Assembly (NCBI GenBank): GCA_951406725.2
Contig: OX597840.1
Coordinates: forward strand, 27,590,001 to 27,654,000
DNA length: 64,000 bases
DNA from: Octopus vulgaris
Taxonomy: Eukaryota
Reading direction: 5' to 3'
Shown here: positions 1 through 13,415 of the stretch, piece after piece
Numbering within the stretch: position 1 is the stretch's first letter
Layout of the letters: every line of letters begins with the position of its first letter
Position numbers and translations under genes: made by a program
Notes under the pieces: generated by a model
Databases searched by the model: none
Told to the model about the DNA's origin: nothing
Seen by the model: the letters and a program-made list of their open reading frames with translations, nothing else

Positions 1-205
1 GTACTTAATTTATCGACCCCGAAAGGATGAAAGGCAAAGTCGACCTCGGCGGAATTTGAACTCAGAACATAAAGACAGGTGAAATACCTATTTCTTTACT
101 ACCCACAAGGGATTAAACACAGAGAGGACAAACAAGGACAGACAAACGGATTAAGTCGATTATATCGACTCCAGTGCGTAACTGGTACTTAATTTATCGA
201 CCCCG
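1..205 (-). mobile_element. SINE family A, two tandem partial copies
   Basis: Reverse complement of the GTTCAAATTCCGCCGAGGTCGACTTTGCCTTTCATCCTTTCGGGGTCGATAAATTAAGTAC core and of the 3' part seen in the full copy at 10926-11160. Confidence 0.9.
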
Positions 206-419
206 GAACATGATCTTTAGATAATTCCCGATCACACCGTTTACAAGACTCTATTCACGAATTAACACGCGACAAATGCTAGAAATTTCAAGAAATACTT
301 TCTCTAAAATGATTTTTGTCTCATCCATTGTTTTATTCGGTTAAACGCTTTAATAACTGAGCTACAATGTAGTATGCGTATCATAAAAGGAGGTGAACGC
401 ACCTTACTGTAGTGATTAC

Positions 420-717
420 CGTGACCGACAAGGCTATCAGATGTTGCTACACATCGCTGGTCACAATGCGCTTCGCATTGTTTTAGCCTTCAAATGACGC
501 CACCCGGCTGGCTAAGGGAGCAGGCCAACAGAAGAAAGAGTGAGAGAAAGTTGTGGCGAAAGAGTACCGCAGGGATTGCCACCACCCCCTGCCAGAGCCT
601 CGAGGAGCTTTAGGTGTTTTCACTCAATAAACACTCACAACGCCCGGTCTGGGAATCGAAACCGCGATCCTACGACCGCGAGTCCTCTGCTCTAACCTCT
701 GGGCCATTGCTCCTCCA
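420..717 (-). mobile_element. SINE family C (tRNA-derived head), near full length
   Basis: On the minus strand: A box TGGCCCAGAGG and B box GTTTCGATTCC. Highly similar to 36652-36948. Confidence 0.9.
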
Positions 718-1176
718 CGTGTATCATATAAGAATCTCACACCCCACGCTTCATATCTTCATACAACAGTTCTACTGCTTAAGAGTTACACAGGCTTTGT
801 GTCATAAGGACATTTTCGAGAGAACAAAATACTGGCAGAGAAAACTTCTGCAAGAATTAACTTTTGTTTAAAAAGGTTTTTAGATACATTCCGTCATGTT
901 TTTCCTTCTATTTATTTTAATCCTGTCCAATGTTATTTCATTTAACACGAAAAGTATTTCCATTAATATTTATTGGTTTTCTTTTCCGCAAACATCGGAG
1001 CGCGAAACGCTCCTCATGAACGTAGGTTCGTGAGATGGTTGTGATCTGTATACAGTTTTGAGTAGAAACCAGAAAGAGAAGTATGAACACGCAATGTGTA
1101 AGTGCACACTGAATTCGCAAGACGGAAGAGAAAAATAAAAACGCAATGCGCATGTCAAAATAAAAGGGAAGAGAAG

Positions 1177-1243
1177 AATAGTCTCGGTCCGACCAAATCC
1201 TTGTTAGTGGATTTGGTAAACGGACACTGAAAAGAAGCCCATC

Positions 1244-1325
<82 letters not shown>

Positions 1326-1365
1326 GTATGTGTCTATGTCTGTGTTTGTCCCCATCACCCCCATC
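1177..1365 (+). mobile_element. SINE family B, internal fragment with (TA)n
   Basis: GTGGATTTGGTAAACGGACACTGAAAGAAGCCC followed by (TA)n and TGTGTTTGTCCCC, as in 39664-40083. Confidence 0.8.
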
Positions 1366-2017
1366 TAGCTGTTCTTTCTAGCGTGTTTGAATCCCATGAA
1401 TGAATTCCTTCTGTGTTTAAATGTACACTGTATTTTACACACACACACACACACACATACACACACACACAAACATATATATATATATATATATATAGAT
1501 AGATATATAACCCACTGCATACTTATACATTTAAGAATATATATGCACATACGCATATACATACACCACACACAGACACGTGTGTGTATGTGTGTTTGTT
1601 GCTTGTTACGAAAACCAAATAAGTTATCCAATACGTATCCTAGAATAAAATCCTATTTATTTAGCTGAAGACGTCCATCTTTTCTTAAGATTCTCATTTA
1701 CTCGCCAACTCAAACGACGGCGTTTAAGTATTGTAATGAAATATTCCTTTGTCCAAGATAACCCTCACGGTTTCGATATCTCATTGGCTGAATCAGACCA
1801 CGTGACTCACTCATAACTTTTGCTAACCATTCAACCTCATATCAAATATTTTTCGTATGAAGAAGCAATTATTTATATACACATAAATGCACACTCATAC
1901 AAACACACAAACGTACTCACACATGCATATACATACATGTACATATAGAGACACACACACACGGCCACGTACATGCGAATATACATACACTTACGTACAT
2001 GCATATACATACACATA

Positions 2018-2133
2018 CTGTAAATCCTCGAGTATAGTCCGCCCTTGAGTATAATACGCAGGGGATTTTTAGTGGGCTGTACCTCTGAAAAACCTAAACC
2101 TTGTGTATAATACGCACCCCTTCTCTAACTTGA
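2018..2133 (+). mobile_element. Tc2/pogo-like DNA transposon terminus (one end only)
   Basis: TA followed by CTGTAAATCCTCGAGTATA, with repeated GTATAATACGCA subterminal motifs. No partner end found. Confidence 0.45.
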
Positions 2134-2135
2134 GT

Positions 2136-2216
2136 ATTATTCAGGTCACTGTCTGGAATCGAACTCGGAATCTTGAGGTTGGCAGCCCGTGCTCTTAACC
2201 ACTACGCCATATGTCC
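2136..2216 (-). mobile_element. Short tRNA-derived SINE head with AAT tail
   Basis: Minus strand reads GGACATATGGCGTAGTGGTTAAGAGCAC...GAGTTCGATTCC...TGAATAATA, with A and B boxes but no intact acceptor stem. Confidence 0.65.
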
Positions 2217-2219
2217 GAT

Positions 2220-2500
2220 TGAAAATGCTGAAGGGGATAAATGATCACCTTAAATGTAGAAGGGGCAGAAAATGACCAGCGTAGATGTTGGAGAGAGAGA
2301 AGTGACCAACACAAATGTAGATGGGAGAGGAATGATCATCGCAATAACATAAGAGAAAGAAGTGACTGTCAGAAAGGTGGGAGAGAGAGAGAGAAGTTAG
2401 CATTACAGATGTGGGAGGAATTAAGTGACCATCACATCTATAGAAGGGAGCAAAATGACCAACACTATCACAAAATGAAGCATTATTGCAAATGTAGTAT
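2220..2500. repeat. Degenerate ~33-bp minisatellite
   Basis: Recurring AAATGACCA....AAATGTAGAAGGGAGAG units. The array resumes at about 2830-2880 after the SINE insertion. Confidence 0.6.
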
Positions 2501-2510
2501 AGAGGAAGTG

Positions 2511-2826
2511 AAGGCGCATGGCTTAGTGGTTAGGGCTCGCGATTGTAAGGTCGTGAGTTCGATTCCCGGCGATGCATTGTGTCCTTGAGCAAGACACTTT
2601 ATTTCACGTTGCTCCAGTCCACTCAGCTGGCAAAAATGAGTTGTTCCTGTATTTCAAAGGAGCCAGCCTTGTCACACTCTGTGTCACGCTGAATCTCCCT
2701 GAGAACTACGTTAAGGGTACTCGTGTCTGTGGATTGCTCAGTCACTTGCACGTTAATTCCACGAGCAAGCTGTTCCGTTGATCGTATCAGCTGGGACCCT
2801 CGTCGTCGTAACCGACGGAGTGCTCC
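2511..2826 (+). mobile_element. SINE family D (tRNA head plus V-domain-like core)
   Basis: A box TGGCTTAGTGG, B box GTTCGATTCCC, then TGTGTCCTTGAGCAAGACACTT...TTGCTCCAGTCCACTCAGCTG, which resembles the V-SINE core. The tail is shared with 7815-7965. Confidence 0.8.
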
Positions 2827-3104
2827 TTTAAGTATAGAGGATAAATGACCAGCAGAAATATAGAAGGTCAGAAGAGGTCATTGCAATGCAAGGCTTCCCA
2901 GACCAGTGTCCAGCCTAAAGTCTACGTCACTCTAGGAAATACATGAAACAAGTGAGCAAGGAATTGAGCGGTTGTCTGGTTCGAATGCTTGTATAATACC
3001 AGTTATATACTGAGGTTAATCTAAGCGATAATAACCTACTAACACTACCGACTTATGGATATGCGGAATTGACAGAATTATTTCAAGTTCTAATCCTCTT
3101 CGGT

Positions 3105-3347
3105 ATTCTTATATTTGTTTTAATCGTTTGACTGCGGCCATGCAGGAGCAACCCCTTTAGTCGAGCAAATCGGACCCCAGGACTTATTCTTTGTAAGCCT
3201 AGTATTTATTCTATTGGTCTGTTTTGCCGAACCGCTAAGTTACGGGGACGTAAACACACCCAGCATCGGTTGTCAAGCGATGTTGGGGGAACAAACACAG
3301 ACACACAAACATATACACACACATACATACATACATACATACATACA

Positions 3348-3430
<83 letters not shown>

Positions 3431-3625
3431 GGATGAATGAATTATTCTTTGTTTACCGTTAACATGGAAAATTCAATAAACAGTTACCAGGGTAGCAAAA
3501 TTCACGCAAGTAACACGGATGAAGAGACCTATTCAAAGGTAGAAACTCCGGGTTAATATGCAGTAATTTGTGTATTATAAGTAAATAAATGGAGTTGAAC
3601 GCAGGCCTTCAACTCCATTGATTTA

Positions 3626-3665
<40 letters not shown>

Positions 3666-3765
3666 TACGACGGGCTTCTTTCAATTTCCGTCTACCAAAT
3701 CCACTCACAAGGCTTTGGTGGGCCCGAGGCTATAGTTGAAGACACTTACCCAAGGTGCCACGCAG
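3105..3765 (-). mobile_element. SINE family B with a nested insert (3428-3630) in its internal microsatellite
   Basis: Both halves match 39664-40083 in reverse and flank (CATA)n/(TA)n plus an unrelated insert. Confidence 0.88.
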
Positions 3766-4217
3766 TATTAAAAATAATTTGCTATATATAAGGGTTTTGT
3801 CTCTCTCGGGAGAGATCAGGAAACAGAGCACAATGAGGACTTTGACAATAATGTTAATACTCAGAGTAAATATATAGAAATGAAGAGTGCAGTGACACAA
3901 CTCATGGTCCGTGTGGTTAACGGTTCTGGAGTAAAGTCCTCAGGTATTACTCGGAGTTTGTATCGAGTGGAGAGATAAGAGTGTCGGTGTACTTGGGAAT
4001 AAAACTGATCGTCGCAGATAGAGAAAGAGAGAAGGGAAGAAAGTGAGAGAGACAGAAAGTGAGAGAGATGCTTAAGAGAAAGAGAGAGGAAGTAAAGAAA
4101 TATATATATAACAGCAGTGATCATAAAAATTAAAATATTTGAAAGAGTAAGAATGAAGATTTGCAGCATACTATAACAAGGAGAGCAAGGAGGAGCAGGG
4201 GAGAAAAGAAGTCACAG

Positions 4218-4428
4218 TAGAAGAAGAAGAAGATGAAGAAGAAGAAGAAGAAGAATGAGAGAAAGAAGAAGAGAAAGAAGAAGAAGAGAAAGAAGAAGAA
4301 GAAGAAGAAGATGAAGATGAAGAAGAAGAAGAAGATGAAGAAGACGAAGTAGAAGAAGAAGACGAAGTAGAAGAAGAAGAAGAAGAAAGAAGAAGAAGAA
4401 GAAGTAGAAGAAGAAGAAGAAGTGGAAG

Positions 4429-4459
<31 letters not shown>

Positions 4460-4760
4460 GGAAGAAGAAGAAGAAGAAGAAGAAGGAGGAGGAGGAGGAG
4501 GGGAAGAAGGAGGAGAAGAAGAAGAAGGAGGAGAAAAAGAAGAAGTAGAAGAGGAAGGAGAAGAAGAAGAAGAAGAAGAAGAAGAAGAAGAAGATGAAGA
4601 AGAAGAAGAAGGAAGAGAAGAAGAAGGAAGAGAAGAAGAAGGAAGAAGAAGAAGAAGAAGAAGAAGAAGAAGAAGAAGAAGAAGAAGAAGAAGAAGAAGA
4701 AGAAGAAGAAGAAGAAGAAGAAGAAGAAGAAGAAGAATGATGATGATGATGATGATAATG
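4218..4760. repeat. Long (GAA)n/(GGA)n polypurine tract ending in (GAT)n
   Basis: Read directly. It explains the poly-E/poly-R ORF at 4422-4838. Confidence 0.95.
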
Positions 4761-5007
4761 ATTAAGGAAAAACAGGTTAAGATAAAAACTGAATGTGTGT
4801 GTTTAGTTGGTAGAAGGCTACCAACGAGTCGGCTGTGATATATAGATTGATGTTGATAGAATCGGTCATATTTAATTAATGGTACTTGTCCGGATTAAGA
4901 CTGTTGGTATAATCAATTACGGATGCCGATAAGTATCGAAAATTACAATAATATACACTAGCATAAATATATATTACACGTGTGTGAAGAAATTATATAG
5001 TTGCATG

Positions 5008-5227
5008 TACTCTTTAATCTTTTTATTTGTTTCAGTCATTTGACTGTGGCCATGCTGGAGCACCGCCTTTTTTAGTCGAGCAAATCGACCCCAGCACTTA
5101 TTCTTTGTAAGCCTAGTACTTATTCTATCGGTTTCTCTTTTGCCGAACCGCTAAGTTACGGGGACGTAAACACACCAGCATCGGTTGTCAAGCGATGCTG
5201 GGGAGACAAACACATACACACACACAT

Positions 5228-5288
<61 letters not shown>

Positions 5289-5378
5289 TAATCCAAACAA
5301 GAAAACAAAAAGACAACAACGCAAGGATGTGGAACAAATAATGTATTATTGGACGCTCAGGAAAGAAGGGAAGAAGGA

Positions 5379-5462
<84 letters not shown>

Positions 5463-5627
5463 TACGACGGGCTTCTTTCAGTTTCCGTCTACCAAATCCA
5501 CTCACAAGGCTTTGGTCGGCCCGAGGCTATACAAGAGGACACTTGCCCAAAGTGCCACGCAGTGGGACGGAACTCGGAACCATGTGGTTGGTAAGCAAGC
5601 TACTTACCACACAGCCACTCCTACGCA
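5008..5627 (-). mobile_element. SINE family B, full length, with a nested insert (5283-5380)
   Basis: Head and tail both match 39664-40083 in reverse. The internal (TA)n is interrupted. Confidence 0.92.
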
Positions 5628-5938
5628 TGTCTGTGTGTGCGTGTATGTGTGATTGAGTGAAAAATTGAAGTAAAACAGTAGCTGCCTAACTAACGTTATG
5701 TCTTAGACGTATCGCACCCTTAACGATCATAAGTAAAACCAACGGCACTCCCTAATTATTCTCCCCCACCCCTGTTGGTGCGAAACGCCAGAATTCTTTC
5801 CCTTTGCCCAGCCTTTACTGTTCACAACACTTGCTATTCCTTTTACGCGTGATAAACAAATTCATCGCTCCTCGAATCTTTCTATACCTACCTGTTAAAA
5901 TCTCTCACAATGTCAGTCTGTTTAGTTCTTCTTCCCTT

Positions 5939-6009
<71 letters not shown>

Positions 6010-6163
6010 GTAAAATTATAAAAATATACAAACTGGGACAAGAACGTGAAACACCTAGAAGACGACACAAGAAACACAGGACGGGACATTCGAAACCCTC
6101 AATCATCAGTCAAGAACCGGATCATCTTCGCAATTTCGGCTGATTAATCTTGAGATTGCTCCG

Positions 6164-6253
<90 letters not shown>

Positions 6254-6262
6254 GTATCTATG

Positions 6263-6325
<63 letters not shown>

Positions 6326-6510
6326 ATATATATATATATATATATATGAAGAAAAATGCAAATTAGGATTAAAATTGTAAATTGTAAAGCCCATTATTGT
6401 TGTTTTTACACCTATGGCACACAAGTGTGATCATTGTTGCCTGGGACACTGAAGCAACATTTAGCTACCTTGTAATTATTCCTCTGGGTCCTTCCTATAA
6501 ACTGCACGCC

Positions 6511-6589
<79 letters not shown>

Positions 6590-7243
6590 GTGTCCAGATG
6601 AACTCTGACATGTTAGCCAGCGAAGACAACGCTAAAAATGAAAACAGTACGATGGAGTTCGCGTGCATATAGTATAACTTTACCCTCTTTACGGCTGGGT
6701 CGTTTAAAAATGAACGATTTACATTAAGATCTGATTCGGTATTTACATATTTCTGTTCATTTACATATCGCCTTCAAGCAAGAAATGCACCTTGCATACA
6801 CATCCGTACAAATATCCATTCGTTTGTACATATCGCCATATGCACGGTACGTTTTGTGTCTGTGGATTTGCACGAAAATCAAGAAACTTTTGAAAGCTTT
6901 TCTAAGAGCTAAAGAAATTGATGCCTTTACTCCAAATCCAATCAATCTCTTTGCGACTCAGTGAAAATTTGTAAGACTTTCCAAAAATTCTCCATCTGAG
7001 ATTCTTTAGATGGATGTGTACACACACATGGATGTGTGCGTCAACAAATTACACACGTAGAAAAAAGTATTCATATACACACACACACACACACGCGCTA
7101 ACTTGAATACTAGGAATTCTATTTGCTCAAAAAGTCGAGTCACTTTATTAGCGACCAGCTTCAAATCCATTAAGAAGTTAACTGTCAAGGACACACACAC
7201 ACACACACACACACAGACACACACACACACACACACACACAGA

Positions 7244-7293
<50 letters not shown>

Positions 7294-7397
7294 GTTTTGG
7301 GCAGCCGTGTTGTCACCAATTCGGATTCATATTGCACAATTTGGTCAATAAAATAATCTGGATTTGATATCAAACTATTACGAAACATTGATTTCAA

Positions 7398-7740
7398 ATT
7401 CCGGCACAAGGCCAGCAATTTCGTGGGAAGACGGAAATCCATTACATCGATCTCGGTGCTCGACTGGTACTTATTTTATCGACCTCCGAAAGGATGAACG
7501 GTAAAGCTAACCTCAGCGGAATTTGAACTCAGAACGTAAAGACGGACGAAGTGCCGCGAAGCATTTCGTCCGGCGTGCTAACGATTCTGGCAGCTCGCCG
7601 TCTAGATATTACGGAATGCTGTATTGGTTTCGAATTTTGGCACAAGGCCAGCAACTTCGGGGGAGAGGTGTTAATCGATCACATCAACCCTAGAACTCAG
7701 CTGGGACTTGTTTTATCAACCCCCGAAACGATGAAAGGGT
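7398..7740 (-). mobile_element. SINE family A, two adjacent copies (7398-7600 and 7633-7740)
   Basis: Reverse of the CGGCGAGCTG..AGAATCGTTAGCACGCCGG head and core; variant tail containing GGCACAAGGCCAGCAA. Confidence 0.85.
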
Positions 7741-7965
7741 GGCGGGGTGGCGAACCCTGCTGTACTTTTTCACCACAGCTTTCTCTCACTCTTTCATCCT
7801 GTTTCTGTTGTACTAGCCTTGTCACACTCTGTGCCACAACGAATCTCCCCGAGAACTACGTTAAGGGTACACATATCTATGGAGTACTCAGCCACTTGCA
7901 CGTTAATTTCATGAGCAGGCCCTTTCGTTGATTGGATCCCTCGTCGTCGTAACCGATGGAGTACC
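7741..7965 (+). mobile_element. Chimeric SINE fragment (family C middle plus family D tail)
   Basis: CCCTGCTGTACT..CTTTCTCTCACTCTTTC matches family C; AGCCTTGTCACACTCTGTG..GAGAACTACGTTAAGGGTAC matches 2665-2820. Confidence 0.75.
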
Positions 7966-8377
7966 ACGATACTTACATATATAATTTTATATATATTTAC
8001 ATGTATATTCTTATACATACTACCATGTATATATTCGTATAGACATATATATTTATATATACTTACATGCATATATTTGTTTATACTTGCATATGTATAT
8101 ATAGGCATATATACTTTTGTATATTCATATATAGACTGATACATGTACATAATATATATGTATATATAAAATATATGTATATATATAATATACATATATA
8201 TATGTATATATATGCGTATATATATATACATATATATAATATATATACATATATGTATACATATACGTGTATATATATATATAATATGTATATATATATG
8301 TATATACATATAATATATATAATATATATGTATACATATACCTATGTATATAATATATTAATATGATATATATATGC

Positions 8378-8421
<44 letters not shown>

Positions 8422-9516
8422 ACATATACGTATATATATACATAAACATACATATACGTGTGTTTGTATATATATATATATATACCCCTGACTAATCTAC
8501 AACTTATAACTAGTTCTGAAATAGTCTTTAGGAATGTGTCTAATGTCACGTGTCTACTTACCTCTCTGCATTTCCCTATCCTCCTCTTCCAATGGACCAA
8601 TGGTCAAGAAAGATCTCTCTCCATGTGTGATGTAAGCTCCAAAATAAATAAACGGATAAATTAAAATAAATCTCAGGTATAGAACGTTGACGGTTATGTT
8701 TTTATGTTTGTTTGTGTGTCTATGCTATTTTTTGCTTTTTTTGTGGGTGTTTTGCACTTATAGTACAAGTTTATCTTGGAGTATTTTGTTTAGAACTTTT
8801 GGTTATGTGTATAACTTAAAACATGATTTAAGCGATTAGATTATTAACTTATTAACGTTAAGTATCGTTCTGTGATTATCGTAGTGATAAGCTTGGCCTT
8901 TAGTTTAGCGTATAGCATAGCGTATAGCTTAGGATATAGCATAGGCTAAACATTTAGCTTAGTTCTAGTTGAAAGTTTTAGGTGTATATTTTTTCGTGGA
9001 GTTTTAGTTTAGCGTATTGGTATAGAGTTTTAATTTAGAGTCCTAGCTTCGAGTTTTAACTGAAAACTTTGGCTTAAGTCTTTAGTTGAGAGTTTTAGCG
9101 TAAAGCCTTAGCTTAGAATATTTGCATAAACTCTAACCTTTAAGATTTAGCTGAAAATTTTAACTTGGAATTTTAACTGAGTGTTTTAGATAAAAGTTTT
9201 AGGTTAGAATTTGGTTAGAGAGTATTATATTAGAATGTTAAATGAGAGTTTTAAATTAAAGTTCTAGCTTAGTGTTTTAGCTTACATTTTTAGATGAGCG
9301 TTTTAGCTTACAATTTAGATCTGTGTTTCAAAATAAAGAGCTGTATTTTTGAATTTTAATTTTAAAGTAGTTCCAGTTTTAAATACCCATTAGAACTTAT
9401 TGTATAGTTTAGAATTTTTGAGTTTTAAGTAAGGCCTAGACTTTAGTCCATGTACAGCTTGAGTTTAGTAAGAATCTATTTTAGAAGGTTGGCTTTTGTT
9501 TTTGAAGATTTAGTAC

Positions 9517-9944
9517 TGTTCTGCTGTGTCTGGGGAGAGTCATTTTCTTTTTGTGCCTTATAATGTAACACACTCACCGGTAAAATTTCCACTTATTTCT
9601 TATTTTTATTTTCCTAAAATTTTCGTTGCGCCTTGCAGCATTTTCAATAGTCTTGACTCTGTGCATTATTCACACTCTGTCCGTTATACACACTTGTGTA
9701 TATAAATACATATACAGAGTGTGAATAACGGACACAGTCAAGACTATTGAAAAGGTTCCAACACGCAACGAACATTTTAGGAAAATAAAAATAAGAAACA
9801 AGTGGAAATTTTACCGGTGAGTGTGTTAAATTATAAGGCACAAAAAGAAAATGACTCTCCCCAGACACAACAGAATATGATTCAACACACCAACTCATAT
9901 AAAGAATCTTGCAAACCAAATCCAAAAACGAAATTTAGTACTGT
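9517..9944. mobile_element. Foldback insertion (~165-bp inverted arms) with a 12-bp flanking direct repeat; Penelope-like inverted terminal repeat
   Basis: Arms at 9517-9680 and 9714-9877 are reverse complements. ATTTAGTACTGT occurs at both 9508-9519 and 9933-9944. Confidence 0.75.
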
Positions 9945-10149
9945 ATTTTGCTGAAAATTTAATTTGGAGTTTTAGCTCAGAACTTTTTACAGAGTTTTCT
10001 TTTAGTGTTTTAGCTAAACGTTTTAGTTGTGAGTTTTAGCTTAAAAATTTACATTTAACACAATCGGTGTTTAAGTCTCGAAGATTTGCATAAGGTTGTT
10101 GTAACTTAGAACGTAGATCTGGAGTTTTAAATTTAAATATAGTCTAGAT

Positions 10150-10411
10150 CAATGGTTCTCCAACAAGGCTCATATGACCTTTGGGTGTCCCTATAAGATT
10201 TTGTCGTTAAAATTTATCTGAATTAAATTAGTTATACTTCTAGGATACACAAAATATTTTAACAATTATTTTTAATACAGTTCCTAATATTTCATGATAA
10301 AAATACAATGGGAATTTGTTTATAGACATTTAATGGCTGTTGAGGTCTATGAGAGGAAAAGGTAATCAAAGGTGTCCATAGGTAAAAAAAAAAAGCGGTT
10401 GAGAATCACTG
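10150..10411. mobile_element. hAT (Charlie-like) MITE
   Basis: Imperfect TIRs CAATGGTTCTCCAAC...GGTTGAGAATCACTG, preceded by GTCTAGAT. The TSD is not preserved on the right. Confidence 0.6.
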
Positions 10412-10662
10412 ACGTCGAGTTTACAGATTAGTTACAACATAGCTTAGCTTTATGAATAACTCGGTGTTTTAGCTTGGAGTGTAGGTTAAAGTTTAGCTTC
10501 GAGTTTAGCTTTAGAGTTCTACCGTTCAGTTTAGCATCTGCTTTATTTTTTTTGTTTTAGCTTCTTCAAGTTTAGCTGAGAGTTCGAGTATAGTTAAATT
10601 TTAGAGTTAACTCCGATGTGTGGCATTGTGGCTTTGTAAGGGACAGTAAGGAGTACGACTAG

Positions 10663-10722
<60 letters not shown>

Positions 10723-10734
10723 GCTACTACTGCA

Positions 10735-10793
<59 letters not shown>

Positions 10794-10925
10794 AAGACAA
10801 TGTGATAGCCTTCTAAGGAGTCGCTCGATCTGGTTAAAAAAAGCAGCTACTTTCTCTCAACTTACGCCCTACCGTCATCAGGAAGGAAGGTTACGCGATA
10901 TATTGTAGTGGTAGATATGGATAAG

Positions 10926-11160
10926 GGCGGCGAGCTGGCAGAATCGTTAGCACGCCGGGCGAAATGCTGAGCGGTATTTCGTCTGCCGCTAATGTTCTGA
11001 GTTCAAATTCCGCCGAGGTCGACTTTGCCTTTCATCCTTTCGGGGTCGATTAAATAGGTACCAGTTACGCACTGGGGTCGATATAATCGACTTAATCCGT
11101 TTGTCTGTCATTGTTTGTCCTCTCTGTGCTTAGCCCCTTGTGGGCAATAAAGAAATAGGT
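10926..11160 (+). mobile_element. SINE family A, full length (tRNA head plus Meta-domain-like core)
   Basis: A box TGGCAGAATCG, B box GTTCAAATTCC, core GCCTTTCATCCTTTCGGGGTCGAT..AAATAGGTACCAG. More than 12 copies in the window. Confidence 0.92.
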
Positions 11161-11379
11161 AGATATAGCGAAGAGTACAGATGGTTACAGTCGGAATACC
11201 TTTGGTCGTTCATTTACGCAATTAGAGTCTACCTGAGCCTAAATTGCTGCTGCTGCTGCTATTACTGCTACTACTGCTCCTCGGTAAAGATTCCTACAAA
11301 TGGATCGCTTGTCCCAGGTGAAATAGCGGACAAATTACCTTCAAATTGCTCGATGCAGTTTTGATAATGGGCACAATAG

Positions 11380-11600
11380 AAACATCTGGTATTACCTTAA
11401 ATTTGACCCATGTTGATTACTATGAAACGTCTGGTGTTATCCCAAATTTGTCTCATATTGCCATATTGCTTGCTATGAAATATCTTATGTTATCCCATGT
11501 TTGGCCCACATTGCTTGTTATCATATCTGGTGTTACACCACATTTGTCTCATAACACTTGCTATAGAACATCAGATGTTATCCCACATTTGTCCCATTTT
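11380..11600. repeat. Degenerate ~40-bp minisatellite
   Basis: About five units of ATCTGGTGTTATCCCACATTTGTCCCATATTGCTTGCTATGAAAC. Confidence 0.75.
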
Positions 11601-12894
11601 TCAGAGGAATAATGATAAAGGCAAGAGTCAGTAACTTATTGTTACAATGACCCACATTTGAGTCTCTTCATTTGTCCAAGACTCATATATCTTAATTAAT
11701 GACTGATAAAATAACAAGAGTTACTAATTCTCTTCATAAGCTTATGACTGTTTCTGCTATAAGAGATAGTGCACTCAAAACCGAGTGCTTGTACAACATC
11801 CTACAGTTTCATCAGAGCCATTAAAATGTAGCACATGTTTATTTCGGAAAGCATTTAAATAAATACGGATGGTTATATTCAGAACTACACACACACACAC
11901 ACACACACACGCGCGCGTAGCTCTCCCAGTACTATACAGATTTGTATAAGCCCATATATATTCACACACATGCTTTTATCATATCTTGTATCACAGAATA
12001 AACAAGACTATCAAATGTTATTATACACCGCTGGTCAAAATGCGATTCGTATTGCTTCGATTTTCGAATGGTGCCACCCTGCAGCTAGGCGGGCTGGCCA
12101 TATCCTACTTTACATATATAATATCCCCCGCGTATCCCCAGTTTGCACCAATGACAATGCTTATATAAAATTGAACAATATTGAACAGACTACTGAAAAT
12201 CAACCGATAGCTTATAAACATGAAATTTAACGAAATTATTTTTATAAAAGTGCAAATCTCACAGACAGAATTATTTAATAAAGGAGCAATTCTTAAAGAG
12301 ACATTTGGGCTGTAATCTGCCAGTTGCCGATCTGTCGGTGAGGGCTAAGGATAAATTTCAAAAAATTGAGCGGTTGTCATTCGGTCCCCGTTACAGTCTG
12401 TGCCGTATCCAAAACGCCAAATATAAAATAAGCGCGAAATACCCAGCCCAGTCCACTTAGCTGAAAATAGGTACCACAGGGTAGGAACCACTCAGTGATA
12501 CAACTAAAAATAACGTTGAGAGAACAAAGATACTTGATGTAAAAATAGAACATATATGACAAACACAAACATGCTAACAAAACGATTTAAGGAACAGATC
12601 TCTACACCAAAATAATTTAAATTTTCGGAATTTTCTTTTCTTTTTCATATTTTTCGATAAAAAGAGCGTTTTTTTTTTCTAAGACAAAAAAATATTTTGG
12701 CATTATAGCATTTGTAAGAGAAAATCAACAATATACATTGATATATGTAGAGCAAGCAGCTATACTGAATGACATACAAGATTAAATAATATGGACAATG
12801 AAAAAGTGTTGCGTATGTGGTATTGACATGAAGCCAAGTCATTTTGAGATGTAGGAAAATGTGTCATAGCCATGGAGCCGACGCTACACACACA

Positions 12895-12961
<67 letters not shown>

Positions 12962-13089
12962 CAGTGGAGAAGAATTTCGTTGAAGATATATTCCCTACGT
13001 GGTGAGTTGTGGTGAAAAGATATATAATAAAAGAAGGAAAATGCATGCAGTTTATATATTTTTAAACATATTTTGAAGGCTAGAATATT

Positions 13090-13344
13090 GTGACAGTCGA
13101 CCGGTTTCGCGTTTTGCTAATCACTACATCAAAATTTCATGGGATAAAAACGACCCAGTCACCATGATAGATCGTTAGCCACTACACACATTTTTTTCTC
13201 TCCTTGTTTTTTCTGTGACCTTTTCTGTAGAAGAGCGTAGGCTCGAAACGTAAAAGACTTTTTTCTATTCCTGAGCGTTATACTAATACATCTGTTTGTT
13301 TTGTACACCACTTGTCTTAGTCTTTTGTTATTTTCGTAAACTCT

Positions 13345-13347
<3 letters not shown>
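13090..13347. mobile_element. Penelope-like terminal-repeat remnants next to (TA)n
   Basis: Decayed hammerhead-like motifs: GAGCGTAGGCTCGAAACGTA on plus, GCGAAACCGGTC on minus. The 3' part is homologous in reverse to 21826-21903 and more distantly to 5283-5378. Confidence 0.55.

Positions 13348-13415
<68 letters not shown>

Larger units (their letters stand above)
8880..10610. repeat. Degenerate ~14-bp TTTAGCTTAGAGTT-type minisatellite field with nested insertions
   Basis: TTTAGC(T) recurs with short periodicity and is interrupted by elements at 9517-9944 and 10150-10411. Confidence 0.7.

Noticed and set aside
640-717. tRNA-like sequences at SINE heads (also 2136-2216, 2511-2570, 36875-36948)
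   Set aside because: A and B boxes are present but the acceptor stems do not pair and they continue into SINE bodies, so they are not tRNA genes.
4422-4838. Poly-E/poly-R ORF and the many YI/HT/CV/LSIY-repeat ORFs throughout the window
   Set aside because: They are translations of (GAA)n, (TA)n, (CA)n and (CTAT)n microsatellites, with no domain or splice support.
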